A stretch of 63,042 bases of DNA, filler included, from Kipferlia bialata (taxonomy: Eukaryota): NCBI GenBank assembly GCA_003568945.1. It is 6 parts of 6 records of this genome, joined end to end, with 100 filler letters (N's around TTAATTAATTAA, not from the genome) between each part and the next. Parts side by side here need not be neighbours in the genome. Positions count along the whole stretch, not along the records: positions 42,127 to 52,538 come from BDIP01001433.1; positions 52,639 to 63,042 come from BDIP01001434.1; 4 more parts are not named here. One strand, written 5' to 3'. The translations under genes and the position numbers were made by a program. This document shows positions 52,531-63,042 of the stretch, in pieces. The notes under the pieces are model-generated. The model made no database searches and was not told the origin of the DNA. It worked only from the letters and a program-made list of their open reading frames with translations. Each line of letters opens with the position of its first letter. The first letter of the stretch is position 1.

Positions 52531-52538
52531 ACCCTTAA

Positions 52539-52638
52539 NNNNNNNNNNNNNNNNNNNNNNNNNNNNNNNNNNNNNNNNNNNNTTAATTAATTAANNNNNN
52601 NNNNNNNNNNNNNNNNNNNNNNNNNNNNNNNNNNNNNN
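52539..52638. other. Artificial contig spacer
   Basis: N44-TTAATTAATTAA-N44. Confidence 0.98.
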
Positions 52639-52856
52639 GGGTGGAGGACAAGGGGTGGAGGCAGAGGCTGACACCCGTGTTCACTTCATATGTCAGGGTG
52701 TCGAGTCGCAGACGGGCAAGAGATAGGGGAGCTAGAGGTTCAAGACGGAGAGAGAGGAGTGTTCTAAGGCCCAGGCCTGATATGATAGGTCAGAAGAGGA
52801 AGAGAATGGCAGAGTATCGCAAACTGCTACGAAAGTACTACCTCGACGGCAACTAG
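52639..52856 (+). CDS. Probable 3' end of a hypothetical gene
   Basis: Open frame from the contig edge to TAG at 52856; basic C-terminus ...GQKRKRMAEYRKLLRKYYLDGN. Confidence 0.4.
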
Positions 52857-53381
52857 CTCATGTTCTTTCATACCCTTTGAGTGTGTCAAGCTGCGAGGAC
52901 ATGTACCAAATATATTGCACTATGACGCAGCATACTATTTTCGTTTCCTGTTTATACCTTACTCAGAGACAGTGTTCAATTCTATTCAGTTATGAATATT
53001 TAGTTCAGCACTATCCACCTCCTCCTCGCGCAGCTCTCCCGCACCTCCCCTATACTATTTCGGCCTGGTAAGAGCATTGACTCCAATAACAATCCAAATT
53101 GATCCATTTCTATTATGGTAGCTTAAGTGGTGGTCGTGAACCTATCGTATTTCCAAGCCAATCAGTATTCATTCTCGCATCCCTGGCATGGACCATGATA
53201 TATCTATTATGGATAATCCATACGCAACCACTGACTCGCCAAGAGCAGAGTATCAATTCATTCTATTCATATGTGATCTATTCAATACTGTGGAAGAGTG
53301 GTGCAACTCCTTTCAACCCAGATCGCTGTGGGAGGTCAACCTGTTGTCTCATATCATTTCTAAACCACAAGACTAGCACTA

Positions 53382-56300
53382 CTAGTCATCGAACTCATCC
53401 GACACAATGCCGCTGAGGCTGGACACAACCATATCGAAGGTAGGTCTCTGGCTGGGGTCGAGAGAGAGACAGGCCTGGGCCACATGCACTAGCCCAGGAG
53501 GGGCATCACTGGGGATACAGTCCTGGGGGGTAGAGGCTGGGCACACACACAAGAGACATGGATACTTACAGATGACACTACTCTATGAAGATATGTATCT
53601 ATACAATATGTATCTATATAGTATGGACTACTGTTGCACACACCGGTGTGAAGGGGAAGGCCCTGCCCGAGCAGATGAGTGAGGGTATCATGCTAGGGGT
53701 CTGTTGGTCGAGGGGGACGTAGCCACTTATCATCTCCCACAGGATGACACCATAGCTCCACACGTCAGTCTTCTCACTGTACCGGAACCTATGGGTTAGC
53801 TGTCCGATCCACCAGCATCCATATGTTTGAGTCAAGTATTCTACGTCAACGCAGAGTATTGAATCCAACATCTTTACATACCTGAGTTGGAATAGCTCTG
53901 GAGCTAGGTATGCCACAGTGCCCTGTACGGGAGAGACCGTCTCTGTCTTGAATGCATTGTGCACCTTGCTCTGACCGAAGTCTGAGATGCAACACCGTGT
54001 CCCACCCTTCTGGAGCAGAACCTGTGGGTAATGGACTGGTATCTCTCTCATCCTTACTTCTAGTCATATATGTCCGTAAACACTCATGCACGTACGTTGG
54101 CGGGCTTGAGGTCCCTGTGCTCTACGGGTGGGTTGCAGGAGTAGAGGAACTGGCAGCCCCTTGCTATCTGGTAGGCAAGAGAGGACCTCAGGTCCCACGG
54201 CATAGAGGCACCGGGCCTGGGTCAGAGTCAGGCACTGTGTACATGTGTATCCTATGTTCTCTCATACCAACCTGTGAATAGCCTGGTGAAGGGTGCCCCC
54301 CCTTACATACTTCATCATGAAGCCGATGTCGTCTGGGGACACAACCAGGTTCTGGACGGGCACCACAAAGTCGGAGAAGAGCTTGTTGGTCTGAGTATAC
54401 TCCTGAATCACTCCCTGGGTATTAGTACCTAGAATCTAGTGGTCACACATATTACAAAATACTCAGCCCTAACCTGGATGTGTCCTGGAGACATGCCAGA
54501 TCTGCTGAACAACTTCACAGCATAGTTGTTTGACCGCCACTTGACCAGCCAAACCTGATATTGTAAGCATCAGGCATATAATATATGGTATATAGACATA
54601 TATATGACATATAGCTGATGTGACACAATCACTTAACAGTTGCTTTCCCATACCTTTCCATATGCCCCAGAACCCAGCTCTCTGACCATGGTTAGCTGGT
54701 CCAGAGGTATGACATCCTGGTATTGACGTAAGACTAAAATAGATTCTAAGACTGAATAGTGGTACCTCTCTGGCAAGAAGCGACGCGGTGTCTGCTGCGA
54801 TGACGTCGGATGGTATGGACAGGGTGACGGCACCCACGTCGGGAGGCATGTTATGGGGCATCACAGTCCTTGGGGTCATCGTAGCCAGTGAGGCCATGGG
54901 TAAGGGGGCTCTGGGCAGGGTCTGGCTCTCAAGGTCAGGGGTGATCATGACGGCGGGTGAGGCATCAGAAGATACCACCTGTGTGGGTAGACAGAGGGTA
55001 TGCGCAGTACAACGGTAATGGAGCACAGACGGCTAGTGTCGTTAGTAGGGAAGAGACTCGCACACACCTGGGTAATGGCTGCAGAGTCATTGCGAGAGAG
55101 CTTGGCGCTCTCCGTCCTCTTCTTTCGCATGCAGCAGCAGCACCCCAGACAGCACCCCCCCATCAGGATCATGCCCCCCACGGCACACCCTGCGCCTAGG
55201 GTGAGGGTGGCCATGGGGACACCTGGGAGGAAGGACATGTCCTCGGATGCAGGGGCGCTGGCCACGGACAGGTGCAGAGAGACGTCACCACTGAGGCTAG
55301 CGGAGACCTGATTGGTGATGGCAAAGACACACAGGTAGTCGCCTTGGGAATCCAGAGAGAGGGGAGCGGTGGCATCTGAGGGTGAGTACGCTCAGCAGCA
55401 GGAACAGTGTGGTGTTCTGATGTACCTGTAACATACGCATGGAGGTCACTGTCCCACTTAGCTGCGGCATAGACCACAACCTCATCGGGTTCGGCCTCTG
55501 TTCTCACAGAAGCAGACACACTCACACCAGTAGGCTCAGTCTGAATAGCGTTGCCAAACGCGTCAAAGACCTGGGTCAGTGGTGCATATTGATGGCCTTA
55601 CTAGTATGCTTACATCATCACAAAGTGCAACAGCTTGTGAGCTAATAGGGTGCAGTGCAATTTGGACTTTACCTCAAGATGGGCGACGAATGTGTCACCA
55701 GCCACAATGGAAGACGGGACAGTAGTAACAGTGTCATACACGACGCTGAATGCTTCCTGGAGTAAACAAGAGACGGTGTTCGTGTAGTTTATACATGGTT
55801 AAGGGAGTGACAAGGTTCTAACGCATACTTAGTGTGCACCTGTGTTCCTAGTGCACATGTCGTAGAAGGTGAGATATTGAGAGCACCCGATAGCAGAGCC
55901 ATCCCAGCTCCACCTGACAGAGGGGCGACGCGCACCTAATAGTAAGTGGTAAACACACATAGCAGAATTACAATTATAAAGACACTTTGGAGGGTACCTC
56001 GTAGCTTGTCGTTGACACCAGGGTAGCTGAGATGTTGCAAGAGTAGAAGGAATCAGCTCCATCACTGACGTATCCACAGGGGTACTGGGTGTCCTCTGCA
56101 TGTACAGTCACAACCACCTCACTGGTGTACAAGTCACCAGCGCTGTCGGAGGTGACCACCTTGACCCCAGCCTAGATGTCAGACTCAATGCGAGAACCAG
56201 TGTCTGACTAGTGTGGGAAGAGTGTTTAGTACCACTTACCCGCTCCCCAGCAACGAGGTCCAAGATGGCAGGCTCAACTGAGCTCTGTGCTCCAGACATC

Positions 56301-59300
56301 AGGCTTGAGACAACTAGCTGTCCTGTGCAGTTGGAACCATCAGCGAGCAGGGCCACAATCTCGTGTGTACCCATCAGAGGTGTGCTACCGAATGAGACAG
56401 AGCCACTGTAGATCCAGCTACCATCAAGGCCGGCAACCTTGGTGCACTGTGTGTTGGTATCGAACCCTGAGTCTCTCAGGTATACCACAGCATCCAGGTC
56501 CTCAGTCAGTGCGTTCCCAACGGAGTCTGCGACAGTGAATGAGACCACGGCGTCCATGTCTTCCACTAGAAAGTGGTTGAGGACGTTGACTGTTGAAGGG
56601 GCACCAGAGGTCACAAAGAGTGGGTACTCTAGGTCGACAGAGTCTGAGAGGCTACCACCTGCGAGAGACACAACTAAGGTGTGGACGCCAGTGTCGTCAG
56701 GGAGGGTGAGGGCAGTGGTATACCCCACTCCATAGGTGTATGCCACGGTCGGGGCACTGGGGTCTGGGGTGTCATATGCCATCTGAGCCGTCAGGTCGAC
56801 AAGGGTGTTTGAGGAGGCGTCCTTGGGCAGCACTGTGACACTGACAGTGCTGCCTGCCGGGCCGTCGAGGCTAGACACAACACTGGTGGCCATGTGTGGC
56901 ACACCAGGGATGACAGTCAGGTCTCCTACCACAGAAGAGCCATCGGCGTCTGTGGCATACACCTTGAATGTGGACCCGACCGTATCGAGGTCAGAGATTG
57001 ACATGAGCCCTGGAATGAGTGCAATTTTGGAGCCCCCCCCCACTATCTAGGCGAATCTCCACAAACCTGTCATGAATCCCCCCTCTGTCTCTGACCATGT
57101 GGTGGATCCTGCCCATACATCATCAAAGGACGTCACGTCCTGGCGCACAGACACAGTCAGAGAGGTGCCGATGGGGTTGCTGGTGATGCGGTTGCCAGAT
57201 TGGTCAAATACCTGGGTGAGTGAAACAACCACCTATCCAGCAATTGTTAGGTATAATGAAGGATATAATCGCATCATAACCAACCTTTATCACTAGAGAG
57301 AACGGATCATCTGCAGTGGCCACGCCAGGGTATGTGTCCACACTATTGTGGAGGTAGTACATCTGTGTCTGGCTGGGGTTGTAGGCCCCAGCGGCGACAA
57401 CCACTGGGGCAGTCATGAAGTCGACTGGGGTGGCATCAGAGGTGGGGGCAACAAGGACCTGATGTTGGGGTCTAGAGGTCTCACAGTATACCAGTCTACA
57501 CTTCCAGTATCAAGAGATCCAAGAGTCAGCTTACCTTATACGATGTTGTGTCGATATCAAGGAAGGTCATCTGACACAGGTAGGCCCTAACCCCGACTTC
57601 ATATCGGCAGGTACTCAGGGTGTCCTCATACTGTGCATACACTGTCAGGGTTGACGGGTATTGTGTGCCTGATGTGTCTCTCAGGGTAACATACAGGGAT
57701 GCCTGGGCGTAAGGCTAGAGACATATCCAGCACTATTACCAAGGGGACACTTCATCTTTTGCAGTAGTGGTCGGAATAGACTTTACCTGTGACATCATCT
57801 TCGGCGACTCTGGGTTCATCTGAACAGAACTATGCTCTTCACTTAGGGCTGCAGTTACATCCACTGTGCCAGTGAGAGACCCGGCCTCACCCCACACCAC
57901 TGTGACTCCATGAGACCCACCGGCCAGGGTGTTGGTGGGCAGACTGACCTCGAGCTTGCCATTGACTCGGGTACACAAGACCTTGGCAGCCTCTCCATCC
58001 ACAGTGAGGTAGAGATAGGTAGAGGCGTCTGGGTAGAGTGCATTGCCATACGTGTCAAGGACACTGAATACGACTAAGAGTTGTGAAGAGGCATCCACAC
58101 TCGTCACGTATGTGGACCCTGTGACCTCTAGGGCAACGGGTGGACCTGGAGTGGGTGGAGATATAGAGGGGGGGGGTCAGGGATAGAACAGTCCTATGCA
58201 TATACATACGTATATACACACGGTGCCCCTACCTGGCTCAATGTAGAACGGGAAGCTAAGTACTGTGTCATCAGGGACGGCGCCTGTCAGTGCTGCATAT
58301 ACGGTGTGGGGACCAGACTCTGTCCCGAGAGCTAGAGTGGTCTCGTACCCCACTGAGTCAGTGTGTGAGACTCCGGGTGCCGTGGCATCAGGTGTATCCA
58401 GGGTGATGTGAGCGGTAACACCAGACCCGCAATCGTTCCCTCTGGCGTCAAGCAGGGTGAGCACCAGGTCGACACTGCCACCCACTGTGGCCGAGACAGC
58501 AGAAAGAGAGGACTGCTCAGCGGATGGGACACCTGCCCCAACCGTGAAGGTGAGGGTCACCTCCTCACTGGGACTGGAGGTCTCAGTGACCACCACCGAA
58601 TAGGCCCCTGGGGAGGTAGGCTGGATGGATGAAGCGCTTGACCCAATGATATAAGCGCTGTTGTCCTCTGACCACAAGGCGGGACCTGACCAGACAGGGG
58701 TTGTGGAAGATAGAGGCCCATAGATAGCAGCAACGAAGCGGAGAGAAGCAAGGGGGTTGAATATTTGGTTAGAACTGGCGTCGTAGACCTGGGTTAGAAC
58801 ACATGAGTTGAGAGTATCATAGCCAATATACATATTTATATAACTATATATTGATCTAATATATATACAAGAGTGACCACCATATGCACACGTATGTATA
58901 TATGAATATTTGGATATACATATACTCATACCCTGAACACAATTGTGGCATTGGAGTCTGTGGTAACAGCGGATGGAACTGTCACAGCAAGGCCTCCCTC
59001 AGATGTGTAAAGAGCCTGATGTTAGAGTTAGAGAAACTGTGGTATATTGTAACTGTTTCGGTATATGAGTCAGTCACTGACTCAGTATATTCAGACACTT
59101 CACTCAGAACACGTTGTTACAATCACAAATTGCCACAACTGCGAGTATATATGTATTAGGTTTTTTCGTCTCTACCTGGGTTCCAGCTACACTGTACTCT
59201 GGTACATACACGTTGACAGACCCAGTACCAAGATCTACCCTCTGCCCTGTCGAGCAGGTGGCAAAGACCTAGGGTGAGGCATATACATAGCGTGAGGCAT

Positions 59301-61259
59301 AGACCTAGGGTGAGGCATATACCTAAGGTGAGGCATAGATATAGGGTGAGGCATATACTTAGGATGGGGGGGGGTGCGTCAGGGTCGCAAATCACACTGA
59401 ACCTACCGAGTACTCTGTGGTCTCTGCTGATGCAAAGGTCATAGGGCATGAGAAGGACCCGTCCGCCCCAGCCTCGCACTCACACGCCTCACTCTCCCAC
59501 TCAGCTGACACCGACATGGTGCTCCTGATGCTGTCTCCACCGTCTGTAAAGAGAGAGACGGCGGCCTGGACCTTGGGTCAGGTTGAGAGGGGGTTGATTG
59601 AAAGGACATCAGATGTGACTGGGCATTTTACACCCCCTACCTCTCTGCCGACCGGGGCACTAACCCAGGGCAGTCCGGCAGCGGTGGTCACAGTATCCAG
59701 ATCAGCACAGATGGCTGCCGCAGGGTATACGTACGCACCACCCACGTGGGTGTCGCCATCGTGATTCAAGTGAGGGGCGCCCAGGAAGAGGCCGTGGGAA
59801 GTGAGGTCGAGGCTGGGATAGCGGCCGTTGAGAACAGGTGTCAGACTGTACATCTCACTCCACAACCCACTGTCAATGTCTCTGTCATACACTCTTACAC
59901 GGTCCACAGTACTGGATACAAGGGTCTCTCCCATCAATGCAACACGATAGATTGCCTCCCCCTCCCAGGTCTGTTCCTCGGCCCACTGAGACCCGTCGTA
60001 GCTGAGTACTATCATCTCCTTGGCGTCAGAGTGACCATTGCATATGACCACTCTGTCTCCGTCGACAGCCACTTCACCTGGGTAGGTGTTATCTCCATTT
60101 GTCCACCCATGGTGGTACACAAAGACCGGTCCAAACCGCCACTCCGCCTCATCTGTGTCGTAGATGTAGAGCTCGTCGTCGCTGATAACGGCGGCCCACC
60201 GCTCTCCAAGAGCAACACGGCTGAACGTCGACAGGGAAGAGTAGGTCGTGGGCTTGGAGAGTTCTGTCAACGCCTCCCAGACGCCTCCAGAGTACTGACT
60301 GTACCAGGCCTTGTACTGTCCCCCAATCAGCACTGTATTCTCGTGTATCGCGAAGAAGGATCCCATGTAGCCGCGGGCCTCACAGATCTTCTGCTTGTAT
60401 GTCCAGGAGTCATCCATCAGTTCATAGAACCGGATACAGCCACCGTTCTCCCAGTAGGAGCCAATGGCCAGGTGGGACTCGTAGACACTGAGGTCATTGC
60501 CGAACTTGTTGCTAGTATCGCTACCCGGGTAAGCAATGGTCTGGTGCAACACCCAGGTGTCGTCACCACTGGAATCCAGGACCCTATGGTACACAAACAC
60601 TGCACCCTCTTCCTCGGCCCCAATTGCCAGCCAATCCCCATAGGCGCTGATGGCTATACCAGCGTCGGAGCCCTCGTAGTCTGAAGGATAGAGCTCTAGC
60701 GGGTAGCCAGGTATCTCACTGGCAGTGCCCTTGAGGCCCATAGATCCTGAAGTGAGGGAAACAGAGGAGATCACAGTCAGTACTCAGACCAGAAGATGAA
60801 AGTGGAACTAGTCTGTATACCCTACACGCATGAAAGTGAGGTATTATCATCTTGACTCAATACCCAATATGACCAGTAGAATACCCATATATGCGCCCAC
60901 CATGTAATGTATGATGACTTAGTGGCAAATATGGTTGAAATTGTTGAATATTCAGTGTGGTAGGCGTCCTACACGCAGCAAGAAATTGACATTACTATTG
61001 CCCTACACGCTTCGAATACAACGTTATAACACAGCAAAGTCAACTCCATATCACCACGATGACTAAAAGTATGTGAGAAGGAAGTGAAATTCGCCCACAA
61101 CACACCTGTATCTCCCACCAGGGTCTCCAAAATCACATTTGAATTGGTTTCGGAGAGCCCAGTCCATGTCTTGGGGTTCTCAGAAGCTGAGAAGCCACAG
61201 AACAGGGTAAAGACCACCACATAGATCCAGAACTGCCCTGTGTGACCCATAACGGCCAT
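53382..61259 (-). CDS. Single-pass receptor-like TKL Ser/Thr kinase with FG-GAP propeller and Ig-like (invasin/filamin-type) repeats
   Basis: Signal peptide exon (MGHTGQFWIYVVVFTLFCGFSAS, ~61106-61259). FG-GAP blades (AISAYGDWLAIGA..GAVFVY, KFGNDLSV..SHLAIGS, LFLGAP...GGAYVY; ~59650-60746). Ig-like repeats with D..GN motifs. TM segment GAGCAVGGMILMGGCCLGCCCCMRKKR (~55120-55210). Kinase motifs GSGAYG, VAVKQL, HRDLKPAN, DFG, GTVAYLAPE, DVWSYG, RPTF; stop at 53382. Confidence 0.8.
59265..59354. repeat. Intronic minisatellite, 5 x 18 bp
   Basis: Units of AGACCTAGGGTGAGGCAT and variants; on the minus strand each unit is a branch-point/acceptor ATGCCTCACCCTAG|GT. Confidence 0.9.
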
Positions 61260-61348
61260 ACAAAGCTGAAACGCTGTGACTTTGGTTTTGATGCCCCTTT
61301 TGATGATCATGGATGGTTCTTGACAGACGAAAAAGGGTTCATCATATA

Positions 61349-62046
61349 TTAATAGCCATTCAATCTTGCTATTCTCTCCTCCCTCTCTGCAACGATCTGC
61401 CTGGTCCTGGCATCCATCTCTGCAACGAGCCTCTTGTACTCCCACGTCTCCCTCTCTAGTCTCACTCGCTGGCGTCTCATCTCCTGGCGTCTCATCTCGG
61501 CCCTGCCCTCCAAGTATACTCTCAGCCTCTCTGCCTCGGCGCAAGAATTATGTGTCTTCCGATCTTGCTAAACGAACGGTGACACGTGGGGCACTCCTTG
61601 TACTTGGGCTTGGGCTTCTTCTTGGGCTTGGGCAGCACGTGGCCAAGCTCTGTCTTCATCCAGGCCACAACCTCAGCCCTCTTGCTCTTGTTGAGTGCCA
61701 GGATGAGGTCGACACTCCCACCAAGGAACTGGCGGATGTCACTCACGGGGTCAACACTATTGGCCTCAATCTTAGCAAGGACAGCACTGGTAGGCACCGA
61801 ACGCAACTCGGTCCAGAAGGGATGCTCCTCGCACCAGACACCCCTGAAGATCCAGTGCTGTCTGAACTCGTTCTCCTGCTGGTGGAGTGTGGGGTCAGTG
61901 GTGACCATGAAGAGGCACTCCTCCCCAGAATGTACCACATGACGGCAGTGGATACCTGGGGTGAATAGAGAGACAGTATGAATGGGGAGCGAGTGACCCA
62001 AATCTCATTAACAATATTCCTGGCATAAGAAGTAATAGATGCATAC

Positions 62047-62080
<34 letters not shown>

Positions 62081-62728
62081 GGAGAGAGAGGGAGAGTAGC
62101 AGATGAGGGAGTGCATCATCCCTAGGTGAGGGTGTGCCATATGTATGTATATATATATAGAGAGAGAGAGAGAGAGATATATATATTCAGACATGGGCTG
62201 GGGTATGTATATATACCTGACAGTGTCATCAAGAGTGATGGTGGGGTTGTTGTACAGGTCATAGACAGCGTGGTCCAGCACCGCAGTGAGGGTGTCGAAG
62301 GGGAACTCCTCGGTCTTGAGCATAAGGGACTCAGGAGAACCTATGCCGGAGCTGCCATGGGTGGTGTCACCCCGGACGATGTGCTTGACGTTACACCTGC
62401 TCCTTGGATCCACCTAAGGGTCAGTGCAGACGAGTGACATATAACAAATGACAATAGACATACTCACCTTAATACGATGCTTTATCCAAGCCCGAAGCAC
62501 CCCCTCCAGATCCCAACCCCGGAAGCCGTGGTACTGCCTGTCCAGTCTGTACTCATCCGGTGTCTCCGAGCAGTACTCACTGACTTTGGTGTGGTCCTCG
62601 GGGTAAACACTCGTTCTTCCACTCTCGGGGCCATACGTCGTCCCAATCACCAACCTCCACAGGCAAGGGCCACACCTAGCCTGGAACAGGTACAGCACAG
62701 TCTTGTCCGCACCACCCTCCGTAGGCAT
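61349..62728 (-). CDS. Hypothetical multi-exon protein; apparent frameshift before a C2HC-type finger and coiled coil
   Basis: ATG 62728 (MPTEGGADK...), GT-AG introns, last exon ...KPKKKPKPKYKECPTCHRSFS. In frame it stops at 61522; the shifted frame continues QDRKTHNSCAEAERLR...ARLNGY to a stop at 61349. Confidence 0.55.
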
Positions 62729-63042
62729 CCGCAAGAGAAAGAATGCATGGCATATCTGTGAACTTAAAGAGAGAGTGCAAGCTGTCAGTTACCCGGCTCA
62801 AGCAGACCTTACACATAATTGTAGGTTGTGTTAGAGGAAAAATCACAACGGTAGTTGAAGGGTAAATCTGATTGTTGGACTTAGGTTTAAAATCAGTGAG
62901 GCTCGAGTTCGATTCCTGTAGGTGACATAATATGGAGGCAGGAACATGTAAAAACAATGTTTATGGGACAGTTGTGAGTTGAGTTGTCAGAATTAAAATT
63001 AATTCTAATGCTCAATCACCTAAATCCGAGCTAGATCGAATT

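Noticed and set aside
21075..52538. Many YI/SL/ER-rich short ORFs in the supplied track
   Set aside because: They are translations of (TA)n/(CT)n microsatellites in introns.
42127..52538. Echoes as conventional mutually exclusive exons or mRNA retro-insertions
   Set aside because: Most copies lack one splice site, and I found none spanning a precisely spliced exon-exon junction by eye. They carry adjacent intron sequence, which favours DNA-level duplication.
59746..60684. 312-aa plus-strand ORF, and similar ORFs at 12843-13883 and 61366-61968
   Set aside because: Antisense shadows of well-supported minus-strand exons.
1..63042. Alternative genetic code (TAA/TAG = Gln), rRNA/tRNA genes, transposase or RT ORFs
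   Set aside because: Reconstructed exons have no in-frame TAA/TAG and the kinase ends at TAG. No RNA-gene or mobile-element protein signature was recognised.

Overview
This is eukaryotic, intron-dense DNA. It is six unrelated ~10.4-kb contigs in decreasing length order, joined by 100-nt N44-TTAATTAATTAA-N44 spacers. The style (GT-AG introns, YTNAC-Cn-AG acceptors, (TA)n/(GA)n-rich introns, standard code) suggests a metamonad/fornicate protist such as Kipferlia; that is inference. Genes were reconstructed by hand-splicing: a phospholipase B-like gene (5' part), a probable Pol5/MYBBP1A, a Furry/Tao3-like scaffold (partial), a divergent cullin, an intronless kelch-like gene, a protein with repeated DOMON-like domains, TFIIH p52/Tfb2, Mre11, an FG-GAP/Ig-like receptor kinase and an unknown gene with an apparent frameshift. 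The most unusual signal is in contigs 1, 3, 4 and 5, whose introns hold ordered stacks of truncated copies of the neighbouring exon ends ('exon echoes'). Copies of an exon's 5' half keep the acceptor and lie upstream; copies of its 3' half keep the donor and lie downstream. They differ from the functional exon mostly at synonymous sites, and in several stacks the farthest copy is the most decayed, as if introns archive earlier exon ends. All homology calls are by eye, without database searches.
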